From Cenococcum geophilum (taxonomy: Eukaryota), in NCBI GenBank assembly GCA_050273025.1, contig CP158636.1, forward strand, positions 11,346,001 through 11,410,000: a stretch of 64,000 nucleotides of DNA, read 5' to 3'. Position numbers and translations under genes: made by a program. The number at the start of each line of letters is the position of its first letter. Within the stretch, counting starts at the first letter, position 1. The notes below the pieces were generated by a model, which saw only the letters and a program-made list of their open reading frames with translations, ran no database searches and was not told where the DNA came from. Positions 50,924 through 64,000 of the stretch are shown here, in pieces.

Positions 50924-52615
50924 GAAGGATAGTCTTTATAAAATTCTTTTACTAGAGAAGGCGCGTTGGTCTTAATCTAGTTATAGGTTTCTAAAGTTTA
51001 TATTTTATATTTTTCCTATTTAATAAGGAGTTTAAATTATTTAGATTATATTTTTTATTATATATTGTTAATTAAGTTAATAAAGTAAGAACCGTTACCG
51101 TTGTTAATAATTATAGGAGGTAGTAGTGGCACTTTATAAGTTATAGGTTTACCCTTTAAGGGTTATAATAAGTTTACGTAAAACATTAAATATATTTTTA
51201 TCTTAGTTAGCAGTTTAAGCTTATAAGCGTATAGGCTTAGTTTCTTCTTAATTTAGTATAAGCCCGTAAACTTCCAGTCCAGTTTCTTTAAGGGTTATTA
51301 AGTCTTTAGGTTTTATATATTTAGGTAAACTATATTACCTTCCTTAAAGTCCTACGCGGGAGCTTATTCTTTATTTATATGCTATTTCTATACCGTTTAA
51401 GTATACGCTAATTTACTTTATAATAGTTCCGTTAACTGCTTTATTTAATTAGTAAAGTTATACACATTAATTAGTTAAATCCTCTTAATTATAAGGCCTA
51501 TTATATTAATTTTGGATTATAGTTTAAACCTAAGTTAAGGGTCTTATCCGTAGGTTATATAGAACAGCGTTACGCCTATTAATTCATTTCTCGTATTATT
51601 TATAGTAAACTTAGCTAAAGGTAGCTACTTTTCCTAGTTGTCTTATAGGTAGGAGTAGTATATTTATAGGTATTATTCTATAATCGCGTTCGCAATTTTA
51701 GTTTAACTATCTATCTTTAGATAAAATACGGTTAAGAGTTATATTTATATACTTAATTATTTATATAAGGCTTACTAAGAGTCTAAAACGAACTAGCTTT
51801 TATAGTTAGATATTATTAAATTAGGAAGTCCGTATAGCTTAAAGACGTACTTAATAAAATATTTGGCTACTAATATTATATTAATTAAGTCTATAGGAAT
51901 TATGTGTCGCATTTTTATAAAATAGTTAATAACTACTATAATATTTATAAACCTATTACTATTAGGCAGGTTAACTACAAAGTTAATTAAGATATCTTGC
52001 TATCTTAATATTAGAATTAGCAATGGTTAAAGTACTCCATATTTCTTTATATAAGAGGTCTTCCTATATACGCATATTCTATATACTTAAACATATTTTT
52101 ATATATAGTTATACATTATAGGCCAGTAATATACTTATTAAATAATCTTATAGGTCTTTATACGGCCAAGATGCCCTACTATAGGGGAATTATATACAAA
52201 TTTAAGTATCTTAAATCGTAAGGGTTTAGAATTTAGGACTACTATCTTCTATTAATAGTATAACCGATTATTACGGATTTTGCATTTGGCGAGTATAATA
52301 TCCTTATATTACCGTTTCCCTATTTAAATCGCTTTTATTATATTTACTATCTAGCGGTTATTTTTATATTTATACTCTATTAATTTATTAATTTCTATAT
52401 CCCACTTATTAATTTCTAATTTATTCCTATTAAGTTCCGCATTTAGAAATATAGGGCGTAGTTTCTTAAAGCGTTTAGGGGGCAGTAGAATTCGTAATTA
52501 ATTTATAATCTATTTATTAGAGGCGTTTATAGGTAAGTCCTATAATTATTATATTAATAATTTAGGCTTCTAATTAAGTTTACTAGGTTAGTATATAATC
52601 TTAAAGTTAAATTAT

Positions 52616-52868
52616 TGTGGGAGGGTACGACCACTCTCAGATAGGAAAGTCACAGTGCTGTCTGTCTGTCGGTCGGTCGGTCGGTCGGTCGGTCGGTCGG
52701 TCAGTCGGTCAGTCAGTCGTAATCAATCAGTAGGAAAGCAGTCAGTAAGAAGAAAGGAAAGAATGTATTCCCGGTCGGTCGTGATGGAGAGAAGGAGAGA
52801 AGCCGAAGGCTCGATATATACAGGAAAATGCCAAGGCACTAAGCAGTAGCCCATTTTACCCCACCACA
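52616..52868 (-). mobile_element. Solo LTR (253 bp) with (GTCG/GTCA)n microsatellite, inserted in D pol
   Basis: TGTGG...CCACA termini and 4-bp TSD TTAT. Removing it restores the D frame (YLSQFDFKI, de-RIPed). Confidence 0.85.
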
Positions 52869-53860
52869 TTATAAGAGGTATTTAGCCTAACGAATTTGGC
52901 GCTGTATTAATTGTTTTATAGTTATAAAGTACTGTAGGTTTTTATACTCCGTTAATACGCGTATTAAAAACAATAATTCTTTAAGTTCTAGACGCCATTA
53001 TTTAAAGCATTTAACAATTATAAGGAGTTCCTTATTATATATTTTATAGTTTAATTTAGCAGAGATAAGTTTCCGGAAGAGAAAGGCTACTAGGCGCAGC
53101 TCGCCGTTCTTATTATATTATAATAATACTCCTTTTAGTGCATAATTAAACGAGTTAATTTTAACGATGTATTTAAGGTCTAGGTTAAAGTAAGTAAGAA
53201 TTAAAGTAGTCGTAAAACGATATTTTAGATCATTAAAAGCTTATTTACATTCAGTAGTCTATTTAAATCTTATACTCTTCCTTATTAAGTTTACTAATAG
53301 CTAAATAATTTTTAAGAAGTGATTAATAAATCAATAGTAGAAATTTACAAATCCTAGAAATCCTTAGATATCTTATATACTACGACTTTCCTAGTTTATA
53401 ATTGCAGCGATTTTTTTAGGGTCTATTTTAATTCCATTACAGGATATAATTAGGCCTAAGTATATAACTTTAGATATATAGAACTTGCATTTCTTAATAT
53501 TATATTATAAGCCCGCGTCTTGCAGGCGTTTAAGGATTATTTAGACGTGCTTCCAATGCTTAGAAAGCAAAGACAAATAGATTAAAATATTATTAATATA
53601 TGCGGTAATAAATAGATTAAGGAATTCACAAAGCGTATTATTAATATATTGCTAAAACGTACCAAGACAATTCTTTATACTAAATAGCATTACTAGTTAT
53701 TTAAAAAGTCCCTATTATACATAGAAAGTCGTATACTTCTTATCTCCTTTATAAACACGGATTTAATTAAAGGTAGCGACTACGTTAAGCTTCGTAAAGT
53801 ATTATACTTTTACTAAGTAGTTAAGCGTTTCTTAAAGCAGAGAAATTAGATATTAGTTTT

Positions 53861-54090
53861 TGTCGGTATCACCTAGGGAGTACTGCAATTGCAATATAAG
53901 GTAACTGGTTCTTAATTCATTCGTGTTCTGTCTTTTGTCTACTTAAGGAGAGAGAAAGGGGTAGTAAAGGTCGGGCTATCTATCGGGCCGAGGTAGTTAG
54001 GTGACCTACGCTACGCTATGCGGTCCCTGCCGCATACGCTCCACGCTATGCATCTAGTAACGATATTTATAATCTCTGCTCGTACAGACA
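53861..54090 (-). mobile_element. Solo LTR (230 bp) inserted in the RT of D; orientation tentative
   Basis: TGTC...GACA termini and perfect TSD GTTTT; interrupts the RT NRYPIP motif. Confidence 0.88.
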
Positions 54091-55409
54091 GTTTTAAATT
54101 ATAATTATATTTAGGGCTTAATAATTAACATAGAATCTTAAGCCTCCTCTAGGTTTTTTAATAAATAGTATAGGTAAGGCAAATAGTAATTAACTAAGGC
54201 GAATAAATCCTTTCTCTAGGTGCTCTTTAAGGTATTATCGTATTATAAGCAGCTTTTCTTATAATATACCGTATAACAGGCCAAACTTTAGCGTTATACT
54301 AGGTTTAAGTTCTATCTTAAAATCGTACTTATTTTAATGCGGGGGTAGTTAGTTTACGAATTATTTCTTAAATATATTAATTAGATTATGATATTTTTTA
54401 GGTATAAGAGGTCGGGGGTTAATATATTACTTCAGTTTTAATGCCTTTTTAATATCTTCTAGTATTATAGTAAAGATCTTATAGTCTTGTTTTCTTACTA
54501 ATAAATAAAAGGGTGCGGCTTATACTATACGAAATTTAAAGGGTTTTATTATATTATCTTCGCATTCTTTACTATAATTAGCAGTTATAACTTTATTATA
54601 TTAGTTTAAGGTTTATAGTAAGGGTAATTTATATTATATTAAATTTAAATAGTCATGTGTATATTTATAGGGTAAGTGGTATTTTAAGTAATAACTTTAG
54701 TAGTAGATTATACGGAATTTTAGTATTTCTTTAACCTAGCTAATTAAAGGGTTATATTATTTTAGCTATCTATATTTAAGTATTACTTTATAATACTTTA
54801 AGGGTATTATAAATAGGGAAATATATTTAAAGTATTTGCCTATCTACATCTTTATAAGAGCGTAGTGCGTTAGTTTACCATATATTAAAGGCTTACTATT
54901 AAAGCCTTATAGGCCCTATAGCTTATTAAGTTTCTTTAAATTTAAGCGTTAAGTTTTCGCGTAGTTTATATTAATAAAGCCTATACTAGTAGCTCCGCTA
55001 TCTATAAGGATTTATACTTTCTTCTATTTTCTAAGTATTTAAATTTTACTAAGTATATTAAGGGAGTTATATTATATATTAGCGCTAAAAGAGCCTAAAT
55101 ACTTATACTCTTTCACTTCTTATTCTAAGGCATAACTTAGCCCTAGAATAATTCGTTTTCTAAATTAACTAAAGGTAAAACGCTTTATAGTAACTAAGTA
55201 TAATTTATAAAACGAGTACGATTTGTAGAATAAGTGCGACTTAAGGACTAAGAGGAGCTACGGCAGACCTTTTTAAAAGGGTAAGTTTAGCAATCCCTTT
55301 AAATATATCCCCTTTTTCTATATTTAGAACATTCTCTATTTACGGCTTATATTCTTTATTTATTAGTTCCTAAGAGTATATAGGATTAAGTGGCGTTAAG
55401 GTCTATAGG

Positions 55410-58400
55410 TGTTACGGGACGTGGGGCAGTGGCTACAAAGCGTATGTATTTGAGGAGTCTACAAGACATTGCGCGATCGATCGTAAGGGTCGAGGGCGTA
55501 AGGAGGTGATATACCTACGCGTAGCTGATATAAGCTATACGCGAGGTGTACGTAAAAGTACGGGGCTCTCCTATAGAGGCCCCTGCGGTGGGGTTCTGTA
55601 ATACTACCCCCCCTCTTATAGAGGCGGAGCTCTGGCGACGCTGTAGTTACTATATATATATAGAAGAGACACTTAAGGTATAGAAAAGAAGAAAAGGGGG
55701 GTATTGCTAAAGGCTTAAAACAACGTTATATAATAGGGCTTGGCATCTAAGAATCTAACTAATTAGATAACTTTAACCGCCGGTTAAAGTTCCTGAACAT
55801 CTTAATAATATTCCGGTTACGTAATTGCACTTTACCGCAATCTAACAGCAATCTAACGGCAATTTACCCTTACGTGGTAATGTATAACGGTTTAACTCTA
55901 TAAGGGCTCCTATAGAGGATTAGGTATAAAGTCTCTACTTAGGCCCGGTTTCTATAGGTTTGCGTAGTAAAAGTCGCTAATTAAATCCTTTGCATTTTTG
56001 AAGTCTTCCTATAGTTGCCATTCTGGCTAATCTATGTTGAATCCTATATATATAGCTCTATAGTAGAGCCGTCGTCCTCTGCCTTTACTAAAGTATTTAG
56101 AGTTAATAATTCGTTTAACGGTCCACTCCTCATAGTTCTTATCTTCGTTCTTGTTTTAGATTAGTACTAGTAGGGGTTTAGGCTATATCTGCCCCGGTAA
56201 GGGGTTGGGCTAATAGAGGTATAGTAGCTATAGGTAAAATACGGGCTATATCCTATGGGTAGCTAGGGCAGGTAAGAGTTCTAGCTTATATACGGCTCCC
56301 CTATTAATAACTCGTTTAATTAGATAGGGGCCGAGGTTTTTATAATCGAGTGACTTTATAGGCCTCTGCGTAGAGATATTACGTGCATCTAGCTATACTT
56401 AGTCGCTAACACACATCTCTAGTGGTGGCGTTCTATAACAGTCGGCAAAGTAGGCCTACTTTACTTAAGCCTAGGCCATTTCTCCCTTATAGTAGTTAAG
56501 TAGATTTTTTATACGGTCTGCATGCTAGTTAGTAAGTAGCATCTTAAGGCGTTTTCTATATAGCAGTTTCTTATTAATAGGTTCTAGTAGCTCTATACCG
56601 GATTAGGGGTAATAACCCTTATTCGCGAAGAACGGGGTAAGTCCTATAGTGGTTAAGATATAGTTATTTGCTACGAATTTACCTAGTAGGAGGTAATCTA
56701 CCTAGTTATCTTAACTATAGGCGACTACCTATTATAGGTATGCTTTTATGCTGGCATTAGCGTTTTCTGGTTACCCAGCAGTTTTATAGTGGAAGGATAT
56801 AGATATCTTAACGGAGATGCTAAGGCGTTAGCAGATTCGTCTCTATATATTAGAGTTAAATTATATGCCTTAGTCGGACGTAATCGAGTTAGGTAGCCTA
56901 TATAGTTGGTAAACTTTGCAGAGGAAGGCGTTAGTAACGTCACTAACGGCTACGCCTTTAGTTAGGACGTAGTGGCGCTCTTTTATAAGTCGGCATATTA
57001 TTATAAGGATATTCTTATAGGTACGGCCGTGTCGTTTATAGGGTAGTAGGTTAATAATGAAATCTATGGCGATATCTACCCATCATTATATAGGTACTAG
57101 TAGAGGGTGTAGTAGTCCTTAATACTTTGTATTAAAGGCCTTAGCGCGCTTATAACTATAGTAGGCGCCTATAAAGCGTTTAACTAAATCTATTATTTTT
57201 GGCTAGAAGTAGTATCGGCTAAGAAACTCGTAGGTTCCTCCTCTGCCTAGGTGGCCGCTTAATTAGAGGTTATAGGCCATTTGGATTAGTTGCCGTTATA
57301 AATTTTCTAAATTAGGGATAAATAGGCGGCCTCTATAATAGAGCCTATTCTCTTTTACTTCTAAGGCTGCCATATTAATCTAGCCTAAGCTTTAGAGGTT
57401 AGTAGGCAGCGTATAGGCGCTAGCGGTCTTTGCGGTAATAAGTTAATACAGTAATAGGTCGACAGAGGCGTTATATACCGTAGTAATAAGCTCGTTAATT
57501 TCGGGAGGTAACTCTAGTTCTATGGTATGAAGCTAGGGTACAGTTAGCTCTATTATAGGTAGTATACCTAGGGCTAAATTTCGTACTTTTAAGATCGTCT
57601 ATTATTAGAACTAATTATAGGGGTTATCTTTAAACTAAGGAAGGTCTTACGAGCGGCGTATTAGGCTATTAGGTTTAGTACCTTATACTTCTAGTCTATA
57701 TACAATTTTAAAGTTAAAACCAGAGAGGAACTCATTCCAACGTACTTAGTGTTAGTTTAGCTACTTTATAGTTATAAAGTACTTAAGATTGCGATGGTCT
57801 GTAAGGACTTTAGTTAGCTAGTTAGGCTCTACTAAGGAGAGTTCTAGTCGGAATTCTTTAAACGCTTATATAATTGTAAGGAGTTCTTTATTATAGATCT
57901 TATAGTTACACTCTTATAGTATAAGCTTAGACGAGTAAAATGCGACTAGGTAAAGGAAACCGTCATTGCCTATCTAGGAGAGAATGCCTGCGTTAACGTG
58001 GTCTAAGGAGTCGGTTTTAAAGTAGAGTTGTCGTCCTAGTATAAAGTGAGCTAAGACAGGTGCTTTAGTAAAGGCATTTTTAAGGTCTTAGAACGCCTTC
58101 TCGCATTCGGGCGTCTAGGTAAAGTATAGGTGCGTTTTTCTTCCTTTTGTAGAAAGGCCCTTCGTTCGCATCATTACTATAAGTAGTGCTATTACGCCTA
58201 AGAAGTTATATATAAATTTCCGATAGAAGTTGGCGAAACTAAGGAAGGCTTATACGTCCTTAATGCAGTTAGGGGCTTACTATTCGGTAATTATACGTAC
58301 CTTCTTAGGGTCCATACAGACACCCTTAGTAGTAATAATTAGTTTAAGGTATTTTACTTCTATGACTAAGAATTCGCATTTCTTTAAATTAATATAAAGT

Positions 58401-61400
58401 CCTGCGTCCCTAAGGCGCTATAGGACCTTTTAAATGTGTTCGGTATGCTTAGAGGGGTTATTGCTATAAATAAGTATGTTATCTAGGTACGCAGAGCAGA
58501 AGTCGTTAAGGTAGTCCCGTAAGGCGTTATTAATATAGCTTTAAAAAGTACCTAGGCCGTTATATACGCTAAAGGGCATAATGGTATATTTAAATTGGCC
58601 GAAGCGCAATGCAAATGCGGTTTTCTATTCGTTACCTTCCTGTATTCGGAAATAGTTAAAGGCGGCGATAATATCAAGCTTAGTATAGATTTTGGCTTAA
58701 CTAAGCCGCTTAAGGGTCTCACGTATAAGCGGTACTGGGTATTAGTTTTTAATTATAATAGCGTTAAGTCCTCTATAGTTAATATAGAATCAGATACCTC
58801 CTCCTAGCTTCTTAACGAGAAGGATAGGGGCGGCTGCTAGTAATATGCTAGGACGAATAAATCCTTTGTCGAGGTGCTTGTTAATATACTTTTTTATAAC
58901 TAGAAGCTTGTCTTTTAATATTAGGTAGGGTCTCTTATAAGGTAGCATTTTTCCTTATTTAATGTTAATGATATAGTTATTAGGTCGATGTGGGGGGAGT
59001 ATATCTACGCTCTTTTATAAGCATATATTAGTAAAGTCATAGTACCTCTTAGGGAGGAGCTTATAGAGTTCTTCGTTAGTAAGTCCTTTTTTAAGCTTTA
59101 TAAACTTCTTAAAGTCTAAAGGTAAAAGTCCGTAGAGTTCCGTAGGGGCGTCGTCTTCTAGAAGGTTGACTATATCTATTCTATTACTGTAGAGGACATA
59201 GTCCTATTCTTTATTAAGCTTATATAGTTATAATTAGGAAGCTATAGCAATAATCTAGCCTTTCTTACGTGCTATGCGGTAGAAGGCCAAGGCACTTACG
59301 TAGTGGCAGTTAGTTGTAGGTAGGGTAATAAGGGGTTCCTTAGGTTAATATCCTGGGGAGTAAATAGAGGCGGCTAGGCTATACCCTAGGCAAGTCTCTC
59401 TACAGTATTTAGAGTTAAAGGTTACTTCTTTTTTCTTCCAGTTAATGGCGGGGTTGTATTATTTAAGCTAGTTTATTTTAAGGATAATAGGGTAGTTAGC
59501 AAGTGGTATTATATAGGCCTAGAGTTCTTCCTAGTGCCTATTTATATCTAGGTAGAGTTATACTATATAGGTAATTTTCTATGCGGTATAATTACCGTTA
59601 GCGAGTTATAGGGCGCGGGCTTTAGTAAGGGGTAAGGTAGGTAGGTTATAAATACGCACGAATTAGGTATCTATAAATTTATTAGTAGCTCCGCAATTAA
59701 TTATAGAACGGCTTTTGTATTGTTTTTTAGCAGTAGTTCCTATTATAGGTAAAACTATCTATTTCTATCTATTTATCTTTATAGAGTCATCTATTAAGTA
59801 AGCTAATATATAGATCCCTCCGTTATCAGGGCGTCCTAACCCACGACTTAGGGCTAGAACTTAGCGTTTTCCGTTTCCGTATCTAACTCTACCGCTATTA
59901 CTACGTCTTTATCTTATACGGTAGTAGCGCATAGCGACGTATTTAGTATTTAGGGTATTAAGTTAGGTATTAGGCAGCGGCTACTAAACCTAGCTATTAG
60001 GCAGTTTAGGTTATCGCGATAACAGCCTTCTTAACGGCATCTATAGCAGCGTCCTAGTTTCTGGAGTAGCTCGCGCTCTCCATCTAGGAGTTTCTATAGG
60101 AAGGTTAGTATAGAGAAATCGATATTAGTTCCGGTAGTACTTAAGGTAGTAGGCGTCGGTGGCTTAGTATATATAGGTTTGGTAGGCCTAGGGGGCTTCT
60201 ATAGAGAGGTCTTTGGGCAAGGGTTAGCAGTAGTAATCTAATTTAGTTGTCGTTCGATCTTCTATAGAGCTACTACCATATTATAAACATCGTTGTAGTT
60301 GTAGCTGGCGGCTACGTAACTAAGGCGATAAGTAACTTTTTTAAGGAGGTTCTTCTAGTCTTTAGTATCGTCTTAGGCAAGGGCTCCAGTATATTCCTAG
60401 AATTTAACATAAAATTCGTTAAATAATTCAATAGTGCTTATCTTTAGGGCACGTAGTTTAGCTCGGTTAGTGGCTAGTAGGTTATAGTCGCGGTATATTA
60501 GGTTAAGATTATTAAGGACTTTTTAATAGGACTGCCACTTCTAGGGGCTACTAGTCTTCTATTAGGCGAAGAGTCTGTTAAACGGTATACCCTTTATTCG
60601 CCCGATAATATAGCCGATCTTAGTGTCTTCTATAAGAAAAGGGCAGGCGCTTTAAGTTGGTTTCTCGCGGATTTGCATCTTCTAGTGGCTATATTCCTTA
60701 CGGTCTCCCTAAAAGACTAGGGGATTAGGGTAGTATATATTAGACCCTACGGTAGCAGTTTAGGTCCGATTATTATAGCTTTTATTATCGCTGCTTTAGT
60801 AGGGGTTCCTATTAGGTAAAGCTGCTTAGCACTAGCCCTCCGTTAAGCGTTAAGTAGGTAAAGTTGCCAGGGGCGTAAAGACTTAGGTGGCGTTATATAT
60901 AGTAAAGAGGTATCTAGCGTTATTACAAATATGCTCATTAAGCTAAGATTATAGGTATTTAATTATGCCTTCTCTTTTAGTAACCGTAGCAATTAGTGCA
61001 ATCTTAGCCTTCTTTAACTGTTGGACGTCGCGTTTAGACACACAGAGGTCGTCTTCGGTTTCTTAACGTGTGTTATCGGCGAGCGCCTTACGAGCTTGTA
61101 GGTCTTGGATAATATCGCGATCTTAGGCAACACGCATCTCGGCTTATATAAGCTTTAGGTAATAGTTCTATAAAAGGCAGTAGTATTTATTAGGGTCTTA
61201 TGCTACCATTTTTGCAAACGTCTCGGCGTTTCGTATTTCGATTTTAATAGGTAGTAGCCCTTCCATTTGCTTGTCCGTGGTTATATAGTTAATAAAAGAT
61301 AAGACATTATCGGTATCCGTCTCCTTAGGGGTTAAGGCTAGGGCTAATAAATCGAATTCTCCTGGGATTGATTGGCGTTGTAGGTTAGGTATAGGTATTA

Positions 61401-61774
61401 GATTGTTCTTTAGGTTTAATATAGTAGCTAGTAAGGGATATTGTCTTACTATTATGGGTTCCTTAAAAGTATAAAGTGAGGTAATTCGTAGATACGCTGC
61501 TTCTAGCAGCGCCTACAGTATTGCAGAGACGTAGAATTGGTCGTAGGCTAAGCGTCGGTGGTAAAAAAGGCGCAACGTAATGTTACGGGACGTAGGGCAG
61601 TGGCTACAAAGCGTATGTATTCGAAGAGTCTACAAGACGTTACGCGATCGATCGTAAGGGTCGAGGGCGTAAGGAGGTGATATACCTACGCGTAGCTGAC
61701 ATAAGCTGTACGCGAGGTGTATGCGAGAGCACGGGGCTCTCCTATAGAGGCCTCTGCGGTGGGGTTCTGTGACA
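55410..61774 (-). mobile_element. Ty3/Gypsy chromovirus-type element E, nested in the gag of D
   Basis: 194-bp LTRs at 55410-55603 and 61581-61774; perfect TSD ATAGG; PPT at 55604-55617. Protease II(D)CGAT ~59690, RT AYLD ~58485, RH, INT, chromodomain ~55960-56110. Confidence 0.96.
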
Positions 61775-62733
61775 ATAGGGTTATATATAGGGCTTTTAGG
61801 TCTTAGAGACGGATCGCGCTTTAGGGTATATATTGGTTTTATAGAGTTTTAAACATAAGATATAGTTGGCTTTAGGGAATAAGTTTATTTATTATATTAA
61901 AGGTCCTTATTAATTTGTTAATATATTATAGCAAATTCGGGTAAGTCCTTTAGTAGTTCTCTACCTACTAACTATGCTTTAATTTTATCCAAAATAGCTT
62001 AACAGAGGGTAGTAACTTTAGCGGCTTTATTCTAATCTAGTTTACTAATAAGGCCTAAAAATTCTAAAAAGAAGCTAGTAAAGTCTCGGTTCCGTTATTA
62101 TAGGTTTTTAAGTTTAGTAATAGCTATATATTTGCGGCTACTATTATTATATATTCGTTCTAGTAGAGAGATAAAGATTCTAAAATTAATAAAGGTGCCA
62201 TTACGGAAGAATAGGTCTATAGTTTATATAGCGTCTTTACTTAAATAAGATATTCCATAGCTAATCTTACTAGCTTTAATAGGGTATTAGTTATAGTTTA
62301 TTAAAAGTTTAAGACGGAGCTTAGTTATAAAGGGATGTAGGTTATTTTAATTTCTATTAAATATTAGAGGGTTAAAAAGCTTTTTAGATTTTATAGTAGG
62401 TACTAAGTTCATTATAGGTATAGGTTAAGCTGCTATTACTAGTTTAGGGTTTATATTTAATAGGTTAGGTTCGCATATAGTTATTTTAATTTTATTTATA
62501 GGTGTTGCTATTAGGGTCTCTAACGCGAGTACTTTAGCGTTATAGAGTTCTTTGCGTATTGCTTTAATTAATTACTAATACTAAGCTTCTAGTATAGTTT
62601 ATTACTAGGCTAAGGCATCTATAAAGGACTGTTATATTATAGTTATTTATTCCCTAACTAGGGCTATAATAGTTATTGTGGCGGATTTAAGTTCGTTTAC
62701 TATTTTAAGGGTAGTAGTATTAATATAACGTAA

Positions 62734-63038
62734 TATAAAGGCGCGGAGAGACTTTAGGGAAGATTTAAAGTAATAATATAAATTCTATCTAAATTTAAGG
62801 GTATATAGTTCTCGCTAAGAACAAGACGTTATATAAAGAAGAGAAAGGAATAACAAGAGAATTATATAATTAAATAGTTAGGGGCTTAGTAGTTAATGCG
62901 TGCGTATATACGCACGCGGTCTTTAACAGACTTTAGTAAAATTCGATTAATCTAGCAGAATTCGGTTAAAGCGTCGGAATTTATCTATTAAGTGTTTCAC
63001 CGAGACATTCCTACTATAACTAGGCTAGTCCCGTTACA
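62734..63038 (-). repeat. 5' LTR of Gypsy D (305 bp)
   Basis: Matches 3493-3797 and the split copy 35188-35258 + 43492-43730. Confidence 0.92.
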
Positions 63039-64000
63039 GCTTATATAGAAAATTCTGGAGTAGGACGTTATCTATATCTATATTATTAATAGAAGTGTCT
63101 ATATTTTTAGAGACTATATTTATAGTTTTAACTATAGCTATATCTAAGCCGTAATTATATTAGAAGTTATCTATATAAGAAGAGAGAATATTAGCTTCCT
63201 AAGATCCGGATATTAGGTTAGGTTTAGTAAGAATAAGATCTTTAGGGTTTACTATTAAGGGATCCTAAATCTATTCTAGAAAGATATAATCTATAAAGGT
63301 AAATATATTAAATAAATTATTTATATTAGAGGTGGAACTCTTTTAACGTAACAGTTAGAAGTTATAGTTAATAGTTAATAAATATAGTTAATATAAAAAA
63401 AGGCAAACTTAATAGCTTAAATAGGGTTTCCTTATTTTAGTTATAACCTTTGCTATACTATATAATATTAGCCTCTATATTATATATAGAATAATAGAAG
63501 TAGTACTATAGGGGGGACAGTATTAGCTTAGCCGCGTCCATATCTATAAGCTTTTAAGCTAACTATTTAGGAATATCTCTCCAGATTTTCTCCAGGCCGC
63601 TTATAGATAGCTTTTTTATATAACCTCCCTATAGGGTTTGCCGTAAAACGCCTATTAAATGTATAAAAATCTATTTAAACTATAGCTATACCGGAAAGTT
63701 TATTTAATTAGATATATAATAGATTTATTACCGCTATAAAGATGTAAAACAACTAAGCAAGATTAATAAATGCTAATAAACCAGCCTAAATATCCTAAAG
63801 AAGAAATAATTTAGGTAATACGCTCTGCTTTAAAATAGTACCACCGTAATAATAAGGCGCAATTTTATACTCTCCGCCGGCTAAAGCCGTCCGCCTATAA
63901 TCTCTTATTATTATTAGCACTTATATAGGATTTAAGACACTATAAGTGTATAAAGTACGATATAAAGAAAAATATAAAGTCTGTGTAAAGCCTTAGAGGC

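Larger units (their letters stand above)
35188..63038 (-). mobile_element. Ty3/Gypsy element D, host of five nested insertions
   Basis: Perfect TSD GCTTA (35183-35187, 63039-63043). 5' LTR 62734-63038; 3' LTR split into 35188-35258 and 43492-43730; PPT at 43731-43744. Gag ~62650-61780 and 55404-55100, protease ILIDSGA ~55000, RT ~54450-53300, RH ~53200-52570, INT ~52200-51100. Confidence 0.93.

Noticed and set aside
52655..52849. ORF with SVGR repeats
   Set aside because: Translation of the microsatellite inside a solo LTR.

Overview
This 64-kb window is AT-rich, transposon-dense DNA from a filamentous ascomycete, heavily mutated by repeat-induced point mutation (RIP: CpA/TpG depleted, TpA enriched, many TAA/TAG stops). 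I find no intact protein-coding gene; all listed ORFs are TE fragments or chance frames. It contains two copies of one Ty1/Copia family (1-3317; full-length 21879-28037 with TSD ATTAC) and five Ty3/Gypsy chromovirus-type elements. These are A 5410-13959 and D 35188-63038, which hosts B 35259-43045, C 44155-50923, E 55410-61774 and two solo LTRs. There is also a Fot1/pogo-type MITE, a third solo LTR, and a backbone with RIP-killed cellular genes (protein kinase, F-box/ankyrin). Two observations stand out. (1) A 443-bp self-priming TRIM-like mini-retrotransposon carrying a Pol III B-box is joined end-to-end to Gypsy B inside a single TSD, suggesting helper and parasite co-integrated. (2) A CCAAT-plus-palindrome cassette is shared, in either orientation, by the 3' UTRs of Copia and Gypsy elements. 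Protein motifs were read by eye after reverting RIP changes; internal domain coordinates are approximate.
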